Part shown: in pieces, positions 26,357-34,530 of the stretch
Numbering within the stretch: position 1 is the stretch's first letter
Layout: each line of letters begins with the position of its first letter
IMG/VR virus record: IMGVR_UViG_3300042867_001113
DNA from: a virus
DNA: 64,000 nt
Direction: 5' to 3' (one strand)
The notes under the pieces: model-generated
Seen by the model: the letters and a program-made list of their open reading frames with translations, nothing else
What the model was told of the DNA's origin: nothing
Databases searched by the model: none
Program-made: the position numbers and the translations under genes

Positions 26357-26632
26357 TCAAGGCGTCGTCTTCTTCACGACGATGGCGACGTCCGGTGCAT
26401 TGTTCAGTTCGATGTGGTCGATCGCTCTCGACACGATCCACTTGCTGGACCTCACCCCACAGAGGAAGGCGCTGCTCAAAGCCGGGAGCATGGCCCTCGC
26501 AGTGGGCTCGTCGACATCCTTCAAAGGGGTGCCGACCTCCTCACCGTTCTTCCGCCGGATGACCACCCGGAAGGAGGGGTTGTTGAGAAAACTTGACTGC
26601 GGGTCCGGTTCGACATGGATCTTGTGCTTCAC
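26357..26632 (-). CDS. hypothetical protein
   Basis: GAGG then GTG. Confidence 0.65.
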   Translation of the reverse strand: MKHKIHVEPDPQSSFLNNPSFRVVIRRKNGEEVGTPLKDVDEPTARAMLPALSSAFLCGVRSSKWIVSRAIDHIELNNAPDVAIVVKKTTP

Positions 26633-26701
26633 GTGTTCCTCACTTTGACCGCGCCAGCAGACACAGCAACCGGATATCCTGCGGATGCGCTTCCGAGGCG
26701 G

Positions 26702-26980
26702 TCACGATTGGACTCGTGCCTTCCTGAGAGCGGCGCGGGCATTGGCGGTCACGAGTTCACCGGCAGTGACAGACTCCAAGGCGATGCAAAGTTCCTCCAG
26801 CGCCTTCACCAAGTCAGGCGCAGCGGCCATGACAGCGGCGTTGGCTTCGGCCTCTTCAGCGGAGCACGTTCGGGGGTCGGCTTCGACGCGAACGTAGAAG
26901 TGGTTCACGCCCCTGTCAGACAGCGTGTAGACGGTGCGCCCCTCTCGGAGCCACGGACCAGAGGTGTGTTTCAGCGGCAT
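26702..26980 (-). CDS. phage protein of the HTxGPW / ANA..AAAPDL type
   Basis: KHTSGPW...EANAAVMAAAPDLVKALE. Confidence 0.8.
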   Translation of the reverse strand: MPLKHTSGPWLREGRTVYTLSDRGVNHFYVRVEADPRTCSAEEAEANAAVMAAAPDLVKALEELCIALESVTAGELVTANARAALRKARVQS

Positions 26981-27183
26981 TCCAGATCCTGTGCTTTCGT
27001 GATGGCGTTCTCGACAAGGGCGATGGACCGGGTCCACTCCTCGTCTCCCCACGCTGCGGTGGTGAGCGAGTGAGGCAGAAGTGGCCTGATGGTCAGGAGA
27101 GCCTCCAGCATCAGGTCGAACGCCTCTTGCTTGGCAAGACGCTGCGTTGCGTCAAAGTCTCGGCGGCTCTCCCAATCGCTCAT
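26971..27183 (-). CDS. hypothetical protein
   Basis: AAGGAG RBS; ATGA overlap. Confidence 0.65.
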   Translation of the reverse strand: MSDWESRRDFDATQRLAKQEAFDLMLEALLTIRPLLPHSLTTAAWGDEEWTRSIALVENAITKAQDLECR

Positions 27184-27572
27184 GGTTGCTCCTTCGGCTT
27201 CTCAGGCATCAGGAGCGTAACCGGGGCGTCGCCGTTCTTCTCGGCGAGGGCCGTCAACCCCGCCCGCTGGATGGTCGCCGTCGCAACGAGGGCCTGAACC
27301 CTGTGCCCAGTGAGGTGCGCTGCGAGCGTAGCGCTGAGCAGGGTGGGGTCACCCGCAGGCACCACTTCCAAGACGTCTTTGGCTTCCACCATTCCGTGGA
27401 CGGTGCAGTAGACCTTGCCGCTCGGGCCGAAGGGCTGGAAGAGGTGCGCCTGCTCCTCCGTACTCGCCCAGTCGTCGTGCGCGTTCTCCACCGTCACGAC
27501 CGTGAGCACAGGGGCAATGTGCGGGCGGGTTTCCCGCAGGTAGTGGATAAAGTCTCCGAGCTTCGCGTGCAT
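27180..27572 (-). CDS. hypothetical protein
   Basis: GGAG then ATG at 27572. Confidence 0.65.
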   Translation of the reverse strand: MHAKLGDFIHYLRETRPHIAPVLTVVTVENAHDDWASTEEQAHLFQPFGPSGKVYCTVHGMVEAKDVLEVVPAGDPTLLSATLAAHLTGHRVQALVATATIQRAGLTALAEKNGDAPVTLLMPEKPKEQP

Positions 27573-27945
27573 GGGTCGCTCCGGGGGGTTCGTGTTCTCA
27601 CGGAAGTAACTCACCCCACGGATTTCTTTTTTCTGAAAACCGCTTTGTCAACTCCACTGGAAAACTGGCCTCGGTGATCAGAGGGGGCAAAGGGGGGTCT
27701 GGTTTCCCGAAAAATCCTCGAAGCGGAGAAGAAAAAAAGTTTCGGCAAACTAGGGGCCCTCTTCCGTTCCCATGGTCCGCCGGGCGTCCACCCCCCTCCC
27801 GGGGTCCGGGTCGGAAAATTAGACCGGGAGGGGGAAGTGGGGAGGCAGACAAACGGTGGGGAACTTTCCCTACGGGGTTCTGAAGAGTCTTTCTTCGGGT
27901 GATGACAAATCATGCGCTTCGACAGATTAGATCCATTTGAACAAG

Positions 27946-28344
27946 TCAGCGCAGTCCCCTCATGATGTCTTCGAGTCGGTCCTCCCCTAGAGCGAGGAGC
28001 TGTCTCTCGGCTGCGACTACAAGGACGGCGCGTTCTTGGTGAGCCCTCAATGGAAGGGTGCAGCTCAGGATGCTCACGATTGCCTGAGGAGACAGCTCGG
28101 CGATTCGTTCTGCGGCTTCCCTCATGAAGTCGAAGACCTCAGCCACCTCCGGCGTTTGGTGGGCCGACAAGCCTGCGTCCTTCCCGGCCTGCTCCCATGG
28201 CTTGGTGAAGATGGTCGTGGCTGCGTCCGCGCCTGCAGATGCCAGACGGACGTCGATCCACTCCAGCACCTCCCGGGCAGTGCGGCGAGGTGCATTGGAC
28301 GAAGGCAGAGACGTCAGATGGTCGACGAAGGCTTTGGCGTTCAC
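27946..28344 (-). CDS. hypothetical protein
   Basis: GTG start overlapping the upstream stop. Confidence 0.65.
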   Translation of the reverse strand: MNAKAFVDHLTSLPSSNAPRRTAREVLEWIDVRLASAGADAATTIFTKPWEQAGKDAGLSAHQTPEVAEVFDFMREAAERIAELSPQAIVSILSCTLPLRAHQERAVLVVAAERQLLALGEDRLEDIMRGLR

Positions 28345-28532
28345 TTGGTCCCCTCGAAGGGTGGAACGTAGGCGCTGTCGCGCGAGCACTCGCTGTCGGC
28401 CTCACAGCCAGCTTCCCCGCACTCCCAGCACATGCCGGGGGCCTGCACGTCGTCGCTCACTGCGATGTCGAAGCAGTCGCGGCACGCGCAGCTCGTGTAC
28501 CCGCTGCCTCCGGTCTTGGTGGGCTTGCTCAT
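28341..28532 (-). CDS. small Cys-rich protein
   Basis: CACRDC...CWEC...C; GTTAC 9 nt upstream. Confidence 0.7.
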   Translation of the reverse strand: MSKPTKTGGSGYTSCACRDCFDIAVSDDVQAPGMCWECGEAGCEADSECSRDSAYVPPFEGTK

Positions 28533-28719
28533 GTCAGGGATGTAACAGGCTGGCGACCTATCAGGTGGAGGTTGACTGCCGACTAGGGGAAAGCACTGAA
28601 CAGAAAACTAGCACCCGGGGTTTCTCGGGAGGTTTTGAGAGGTTTCTAGTGGGTTTTCAGAGAGGTTTTCTTCAAGGACCACATGGTCCGTCTAATCCAC
28701 GTTCACTTGAACGTAGTTG

Positions 28720-28747
28720 TTGACTTCTACGCGCATGGTGTTACCGT
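28720..28747 (+). promoter_or_regulatory. sigma-70-like promoter
   Basis: TTGACT-N16-TACCGT with extended TG; closely resembles the 11117 promoter. Confidence 0.65.
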
Positions 28748-28785
28748 GGGATCACGGCATGGTTGCCGCCACCAAGGAGCGCCAG

Positions 28786-28965
28786 ATGAGCTACCGCAGC
28801 TACTACATCCCGACGGACCGCGAAGAGGACGCCATGCGCGCGAGCGACGAGCGCAACGAGGCCCGCCGCGAGCTGGAAGCGATCCACCCCGATGACCGCA
28901 CCGACGAGGACTACCGCAACGCGGGGATCCGTCGGGGCTACAGCGCCCACCGAGAGGAGCGCTGA
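28786..28965 (+). CDS. small acidic/basic protein
   Basis: AAGGAG RBS after a leader hairpin. Confidence 0.7.
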   Translation: MSYRSYYIPTDREEDAMRASDERNEARRELEAIHPDDRTDEDYRNAGIRRGYSAHREER

Positions 28966-28966
28966 G

Positions 28967-29206
28967 ATGCTCGCCATGCTCATCCCCTCGAAGATCGCAG
29001 TCGGCGACAAGCTGATGGTGGAAGGAACGCTCCACGAGGTGACCCGCATCGACGTGAAGCGCGACCCACGAACCTCCAAGCGGAAGAACGGGTCGCCCCG
29101 ACTCGGGACCGTGCGGAAGGTGACTCTCCACTTTGATGGCCGGAAGCGCACGCTGTCCCGCCTGCAACGGGTACTGGTTCAGCGAAGCGAACCTGCGCTC
29201 ACTTGA
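28967..29206 (+). CDS. small basic beta-barrel-like protein
   Basis: GAGGAG RBS; IAVGDKL motif. Confidence 0.65.
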   Translation: MLAMLIPSKIAVGDKLMVEGTLHEVTRIDVKRDPRTSKRKNGSPRLGTVRKVTLHFDGRKRTLSRLQRVLVQRSEPALT

Positions 29207-29648
29207 GCGTGTAGAGTTCGCGCATTGCTTCATCGAACTGTTTCTGGTCAGCGACGCTGGTGCTCAGGGCCACAGCGACGCGGCCCTCTCGCCATTGCTT
29301 GACAGCTTCCGAGAGCAGCTTGCTGTCGACCTTCGAGGTCAGGACGTGCGCGGGCTTCTCGATCACCCACCCGGCGTAGTTGGTGGCGTCTGGGTCTCGC
29401 AGGGTGATGTCCCCGCCTGCATGAACGAGCTGCAGGGCTGGCTGCCACGTAGGGCGGCGGTAAAGCGCGACGTAGGTGCTGCCGTTCCAGCGAGTCTCGT
29501 CGCTCTTCTCAGCCTCTTCAGCACCGGCCTTGCAGGACTCCCAGCCGATCTGCGTCCGCGTCTCCACGAGCTTCCAGTCGTCGGGATGAGCGGCGAGGCT
29601 CGCGATGATGTGCGCGCAGAACGGATCGGGCTTTGAGAACGGCCACAT
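29199..29648 (-). CDS. hypothetical protein
   Basis: MWPF start; GTTAC 10 nt upstream. Confidence 0.7.
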   Translation of the reverse strand: MWPFSKPDPFCAHIIASLAAHPDDWKLVETRTQIGWESCKAGAEEAEKSDETRWNGSTYVALYRRPTWQPALQLVHAGGDITLRDPDATNYAGWVIEKPAHVLTSKVDSKLLSEAVKQWREGRVAVALSTSVADQKQFDEAMRELYTLK

Positions 29649-29691
29649 GACCCGGGCAGTAACAGAGCTTCAGAAAACTGGTCCTCAAACG

Positions 29692-29717
29692 AAAAAAGCA
29701 CCGGATTGCTCCAGTGC
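29692..29717 (-). terminator. intrinsic terminator
   Basis: GCACTGGA-GCAA-TCCGGTGC-TTTTTT on the minus strand. Confidence 0.85.
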
Positions 29718-30025
29718 CTTCTTCCCGTTCTCTTCTGCCTGTCGCGAAACAGGCTTCATCGGACGAGCGCGTCGTTCCGCGCGGTCCCGACCTTCCGCTG
29801 TCACCGCTCAGGCTTTCACCTGCGAGGCGCGGTCTCTGTCCTTGGCCCGGGTGAGGGGTTCAGGTCGGAGGCCGTTGTGGGGCTTGGTCGGAGCCCTGTG
29901 TCCCGGTCAGCGATTCGGCTGGCTTTCGGTGAGGACCAATCAGGCTTGCGCCGTCTCGAACCATGCCGTCGTCCAGTCCCAGCAGCGACCCTCTTGCGAG
30001 GAAAACTACCGGGCGACGAGTGCTT
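29692..30025 (-). ncRNA. candidate large structured non-coding RNA (~330 nt)
   Basis: Gene-free gap with nested helices, several GNRA tetraloops, G-U pairs favouring the minus strand and a terminal hairpin plus U6. Confidence 0.65.
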
Positions 30026-30081
30026 TCTCTCATGGGTCCAAGAGAGCGTCAACACTTTTTTTCAGATGGGCCCGTGCTCCT

Positions 30082-30363
30082 TCAGCAGTTCGGGTCGCAC
30101 TCGGCGCAGCCGTGGCCGTTGCACACGCCGCAGGGCTCGGGAAGGTTGACGCAGAAGAGCCAGCCCGCGTTCGGGACGAAGACGTAGTCGCCAAGGGTGA
30201 GGGCCTTCACGGCGCGAACCATATGGTCCGTCGCATGTGGCGGGCACAGCGCCTTGACAGTGGCGATCGTCTCGTCGAGGAGGTGTAGCTGCAGGCGCTT
30301 GCGCGGCGCTACCTTGTCGAGGTCGCCTGCGAAGTGGAAGCGCCGTGCGTTCGGGTTGTTCAT
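30082..30363 (-). CDS. hypothetical protein with Cys tail
   Basis: CGVCNGHGCAEC; ATGA overlap. Confidence 0.65.
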   Translation of the reverse strand: MNNPNARRFHFAGDLDKVAPRKRLQLHLLDETIATVKALCPPHATDHMVRAVKALTLGDYVFVPNAGWLFCVNLPEPCGVCNGHGCAECDPNC

Positions 30364-30617
30364 GCCCAGCCCCCTTCGTGGGCGGCTTGGTAGCTGGCGC
30401 GTTCGGCTTCCCGTTCCATGTAGCGCTCCTCGCAGGCGTCGTGGTCGACGCAAGTGACGGCGAGCACCTCGCGCCGGTCGAGGTCGTACTCCCAGAGCAC
30501 GTCGTGCTTGCGGGTGCCGCAGCACATGCAGGGGTACTGGATGCCCTTGCACACTTCGGTGGCGATGCGCGGGTTGCGGACGATCTTGTGGGTGTTGCGG
30601 TCGAAGGGTGCGTTCAC
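30360..30617 (-). CDS. small zinc-binding protein
   Basis: CMCCG...C....C; GGAG then GTG. Confidence 0.7.
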   Translation of the reverse strand: MNAPFDRNTHKIVRNPRIATEVCKGIQYPCMCCGTRKHDVLWEYDLDRREVLAVTCVDHDACEERYMEREAERASYQAAHEGGWA

Positions 30618-30674
30618 TTGAGGCTCCGTTGGGCATCCATGCCCGTTGGGTCTCGGCTCGGTTGCCGTGATCTG

Positions 30675-30703
30675 ACTGTAACACGGTTCACGGACACTGT
30701 CAA
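30675..30703 (-). promoter_or_regulatory. sigma-70-like promoter
   Basis: TTGACA-N17-TACAGT with extended TG. Confidence 0.75.
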
Positions 30704-30849
30704 CACAAGAGCACAGATCTAGTTCAATCGAACTAGATCTGCGGGCACGAGGATCTCGGCGGGGCCGCGTGGGCTGTCGGAAAACTGTGTCGGGCCCTCC
30801 AACGGAGCACGAGGCTCCGGGGTGAGGGAGGTTCGGAGGCAGGACTCGC

Positions 30850-31455
30850 TCAGTCGCTGCTGTCGACCTCGCTGTGGACCGTGGCGGTCAGGTCGCCGGG
30901 GTTGCCTGTGACGACGTGGACTTGGCCTCGGGGGTATGCCTTCAGCGCGGCGATGTCGTCTGCCGTCAGGGGGGCGTCGTCGCAGCGGACCACCACGTCG
31001 GTGTAGACGTAGTAGCAGTTCCCGGCCTGCCCTCCCTTGCTCTGGATCGTTCGGAAGTTGCAGGCGACGTAGCGGCGGTCCTTCGGGTCGGTGATGCCCG
31101 TGGGGCGGGTCTCGATCACTTCGCCGAGGACGTAGGCGTGGGGTTCGCTCAGGGCGAGGGTCCGTCGCGCCTTGTAAGCCGCCCACGCTGCGTTCTTCCC
31201 CGTGATCTGCTTGGGGAGGGCCAGCATCGTTTGGATGCTCTGGAAGGAGGCGCTCCGCTGGTGCCGTTCCTCGGTCAGCTGGTAGGTAGCCGTCGTGCCG
31301 ATCTGGGTCAGCGCGATCACGCGGCGGTCCATCAAGGCGTTCGGCGCCGAGAGCGAGACCGTGAAGGTCACCCGGTTTTCGCTCGCGTCCTTGTGGTGGA
31401 CGTTGCGGACGGCGGGGGTCTTGAGGGCGGGGGTCTTGGCGGTGTGCGTGGTCAT
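30850..31455 (-). CDS. hypothetical protein
   Basis: GGAGG then ATG at 31455; strongly GC3-biased codons. Confidence 0.8.
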   Translation of the reverse strand: MTTHTAKTPALKTPAVRNVHHKDASENRVTFTVSLSAPNALMDRRVIALTQIGTTATYQLTEERHQRSASFQSIQTMLALPKQITGKNAAWAAYKARRTLALSEPHAYVLGEVIETRPTGITDPKDRRYVACNFRTIQSKGGQAGNCYYVYTDVVVRCDDAPLTADDIAALKAYPRGQVHVVTGNPGDLTATVHSEVDSSD

Positions 31456-31490
31456 GCGATCCTCCGGGGCGGCATCCGTGCCGTGATCAC

Positions 31491-31518
31491 AGCATAACAC
31501 CGCTAGCGCGGCTGTCAA
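31491..31518 (-). promoter_or_regulatory. sigma-70-like promoter
   Basis: TTGACA-N16-TATGCT with extended TG. Confidence 0.75.
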
Positions 31519-31659
31519 CAAGCAACCACGGATCTTGTTCATATGAGCGGATCTGGCCGGATCTGACCGTCCGGCAGGCGACTCGCCCAAGCGGCTTCCG
31601 GGCCGGTTTCGGAAAACTGGTCCCGGGCCCCCGGGCGAACCATATGGTCCTCGCCCCCA

Positions 31660-31986
31660 TCAGCTCGGGCGAGAGAGGCCCTTACAGGCAACGATGGTGC
31701 CTGCAGCGTCGCGCACGACTTCACCGGGAACGAGTAGGTCTTTCCGCTCAGGGAGCGCCTGCGCGACCATCAACGAGACGATGAGGAAGACCCCGGGCTC
31801 TGCGGGAGGCATGTCGACGACGCCACCATAGATGACGCGGTCGACCGGGATGCCATCGACGATGGAGAACTGCATGCGGGTTGACGCTGTTCTCGGCGTC
31901 GGAAAGGTCGGCTCGATTGTCCGGATGGCCTCCTCACCCACGAGGATGCGGACGACGTGAGGGGTGCGGTTGACGAGGGTGGGCAT
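31660..31986 (-). CDS. conserved phage protein (NxTPH family)
   Basis: VNRTPH...LIVS..VA..RKDLLVP..VRD..G. Confidence 0.8.
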   Translation of the reverse strand: MPTLVNRTPHVVRILVGEEAIRTIEPTFPTPRTASTRMQFSIVDGIPVDRVIYGGVVDMPPAEPGVFLIVSLMVAQALPERKDLLVPGEVVRDAAGTIVACKGLSRPS

Positions 31987-31989
31987 TGG

Positions 31990-32223
31990 TCATCCTATCG
32001 GCGTGAAATCGAAGTACCGACGTGGCGAGTGAGTGAACATCATCACGCCCTTCACGCCGTCGGCCTTGCGGATGACCGAGACGAAGGGTGCGAGGAACCC
32101 TTGGACTGTGAAGTGCTCTTGCAGTTGCTGGGTGTCGTAGGACACATCCGCGTCAGCCAGCCGCTGCGTGGGGACGTCGCTGTCGATCAGGAAGCGGCGC
32201 GTGGTCTCGGTTGAGTCGGTCAT
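31990..32223 (-). CDS. hypothetical protein
   Basis: AAGGAG RBS; FTHSPRRYF motif. Confidence 0.75.
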   Translation of the reverse strand: MTDSTETTRRFLIDSDVPTQRLADADVSYDTQQLQEHFTVQGFLAPFVSVIRKADGVKGVMMFTHSPRRYFDFTPIG

Positions 32224-32603
32224 GAGTTCTCCTTGAGTCCTGCGAGGGCCCGACGACACATCGTCGCCACCTCGTCCGTGTCTTTGTTCCCGCTGATGCC
32301 GTCCCGCTGCCACCAGTCGGCGACGGCCTGACACGCCTCCCGTAACGCCTCACGCTCGGCTTTCACCCGTTCGACGTAGGTCTTTCCCCGATCGAGGACG
32401 TCGAGCATGGCTTGGGCGTCAGGGGCGCTCCCGGCGCGGGCGATGGTCGAGAGACGCATCAGCAGGGAGGCGGTGACCTGCGCCCACTCCAGCTCGGGGA
32501 GAGTCTGGATGCGGGCCAGCTCGGCGCGGGCCTCGCGCAGCTCCGCAAGGGCTGCGTCGAGGGTGGTCGGCTCTGGTCGAGGACGCTGTTCGTCGATTCT
32601 CAT
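32220..32603 (-). CDS. coiled-coil protein
   Basis: ATGA overlaps on both sides. Confidence 0.7.
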   Translation of the reverse strand: MRIDEQRPRPEPTTLDAALAELREARAELARIQTLPELEWAQVTASLLMRLSTIARAGSAPDAQAMLDVLDRGKTYVERVKAEREALREACQAVADWWQRDGISGNKDTDEVATMCRRALAGLKENS

Positions 32604-32998
32604 GGGCTGTCCGCTGGGGTTTCGGGGTGGACTGTTTGTTCGGCCTTCGCCGCTTTCGCAGCGTCGGCGTCTTCGGTCCGGATGGCGCGCACCGCGCGTT
32701 CACGCATGAGCTTCGTGAGCTTCTTCGCGAACTGCGCGTCCGTGGTGTCGCTGACGTTGGTGCTCAAACCGACGTGGGCCCTCACCACCTCCGCGCTGAT
32801 GTTGGTCGGGCCTGCGATCATCTCGTACTGGCGAAGTCGCACGATAAAGTCCTCGACATTCTTCGGGGTGATCCCGCCGAGGTCGAGAGCCATCGTCAGC
32901 CAGATGAGCGCGTCGGTGGCGACCCGGATCTCCCCTTCAGGCGTGAAGCACACCGTCTCGTTGTTTTTGACCTTGGTGAAGTCGAAGTGCAGGGCCAT
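32600..32998 (-). CDS. hypothetical protein
   Basis: GGAG then ATG at 32998; HVGLSTNV motif. Confidence 0.75.
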   Translation of the reverse strand: MALHFDFTKVKNNETVCFTPEGEIRVATDALIWLTMALDLGGITPKNVEDFIVRLRQYEMIAGPTNISAEVVRAHVGLSTNVSDTTDAQFAKKLTKLMRERAVRAIRTEDADAAKAAKAEQTVHPETPADSP

Positions 32999-33132
32999 GA
33001 GGACTCTCCGGGTTGTCGACAGCATCCGTGCTGCACCCCTCCCGTAACTGGCTTGCGCTCCGTTTCGCAGATCCGTTCAAGTGAACAACATTTTACGACT
33101 GATGGATCTGCGGATCGAGTTACTGCTGGGGC

Positions 33133-33645
33133 ATGAAGACCCTCGACCCGAACACCTACTCTCCCGAACAGCTTCGAGACATGCTGGCGAAGATGGAGGC
33201 GGTGACGGCTGCTTTTTATCCTGCCGCTGCCAGCACTGGAGTGCATACCTTCATCGAGTTCACGGGCCTGATGCACGAGTTCATCAAGATCTGCAGACAG
33301 TCCGCAGCACAGGACGTCGACTTCGCGTCGGCGAGCACGCACACGGGAAAGCCTCTCGTGGTCTACTCCTACAACGCCGACTACATCGTCGAGAAGCTCG
33401 ACTGCATCTTCGGGCCCGCCATCAAGTCCAGCCCTGAGGTCCGAGCGGCGTTCGCGAAGCTCCTCGGCGACCCCGAACAGGACCGCCTCGAACAAGAAGC
33501 CCTTGAGCTTCCCTTGCTCTTCCACAGCGGCGGTGCTTGGGACGAGGATAAGCGCACTCGTTGGAAGGCCATCACAGGCAGCGACGAGGCGACGACGAAG
33601 GCTATGTGTGACCACATCCGGAAGACGCTGGGGCGTGACTCTTGA
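33133..33645 (+). CDS. hypothetical protein
   Basis: HTFIEFTGLM...YIVEKLDCIFGP; GTTAC 9 nt upstream. Confidence 0.8.
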   Translation: MKTLDPNTYSPEQLRDMLAKMEAVTAAFYPAAASTGVHTFIEFTGLMHEFIKICRQSAAQDVDFASASTHTGKPLVVYSYNADYIVEKLDCIFGPAIKSSPEVRAAFAKLLGDPEQDRLEQEALELPLLFHSGGAWDEDKRTRWKAITGSDEATTKAMCDHIRKTLGRDS

Positions 33646-33660
33646 AGTACCCGCTCCCGA

Positions 33661-34050
33661 TCAGAGGCTGGCCTCTTTCACGAAGAGGGCGACGCGGGTG
33701 AGCCCCTTGTCCGTCATCCCCAGTTTTGCTGCCGACCCTTGCGATAGGTCGATGACTCGGTCTCCGGCGTAGGGCCCCCGGTCGTTGATGACCACCTCGA
33801 CCGACCGACCGCTGTCGAGGTCGTGTACCACCACGATGGTACCGAACGGCAGCGTCCGGTGGGCAGCCGTGGCTCCGGCGGCACGGAAAACTGCTCCAGA
33901 GGCCGTCAGCCGCCCGTCGAAGCCCGGCCCGTACCAAGAGGCAACCCCGGTGGAGAACGGGACTGGGTCCGATGAGGCGACCGGGTCCATATGGTCCGAG
34001 GCGAGAGGCGCCGCGAAAAGCAGCGCGAGCGAGGCAACGGTTTTTCGCAT
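33661..34050 (-). CDS. rlpA: RlpA-like lytic transglycosylase (double-psi beta-barrel)
   Basis: Signal peptide; GVASWYG..F.GR.TASG, TAAHRTLPFGT, INDRGPY and RVIDLS motifs. Confidence 0.92.
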   Translation of the reverse strand: MRKTVASLALLFAAPLASDHMDPVASSDPVPFSTGVASWYGPGFDGRLTASGAVFRAAGATAAHRTLPFGTIVVVHDLDSGRSVEVVINDRGPYAGDRVIDLSQGSAAKLGMTDKGLTRVALFVKEASL

Positions 34051-34080
34051 GGGCGGATCGTGCTCCGACGACGTCAGGAG

Positions 34081-34530
34081 TCAACACGGCTCGGCGTTGA
34101 AGTACTGGTCGGTGAGGTCTTCGCACTCCTTGCTGCAGTGATTCGCAGAATGGCTGGTGGGGAAACAAGGCTTCCCGCAGTCCATGCACTTGCCGATCGG
34201 GATGCGGTCTTTCGTGGAGGCCGCGTTCAGGTCGACCTCTTTGTAGCGAGGCTTGGTGAGGCTGGAGGCGAACTGCTCTGCCGTCGGGTCGATGATGACC
34301 CCGTCAGGGGACACGCACCACCAGTGCTGGTCCTCGATGTCCCTACTCGGGATGGACCAGTGAACGAACCCACACGCTCGACGCAGCTCGGGGAAGTCGG
34401 CGATCATGAGGTCGACCGCCTGCTTGCACTTGCCGCGCACGAACCTGTGGGGTTGCGCGTGAACGTATCGCTCGATCCATGCGATCCACTGGCTCGCCGA
34501 CGAGGCTACCACCGAGGTGTGGCGGGTCAT
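34081..34530 (-). CDS. transglutaminase/papain-like fold protein
   Basis: GKC...HWWC...IIDPTAEQF Cys-His-Asp pattern; C-terminal CxxC pair. Confidence 0.6.
   Translation of the reverse strand: MTRHTSVVASSASQWIAWIERYVHAQPHRFVRGKCKQAVDLMIADFPELRRACGFVHWSIPSRDIEDQHWWCVSPDGVIIDPTAEQFASSLTKPRYKEVDLNAASTKDRIPIGKCMDCGKPCFPTSHSANHCSKECEDLTDQYFNAEPC

Noticed and set aside
27610-27945. G/C-run-rich spacer as a G-quadruplex or RNA gene
   Set aside because: The G-tracts are irregular with a long loop and no convincing nested helices; more likely a promoter region
29720-29765. CCGAUGA-stem-AGAAG resembles a hammerhead core
   Set aside because: It lacks the required CUGANGA and GAAA sequences
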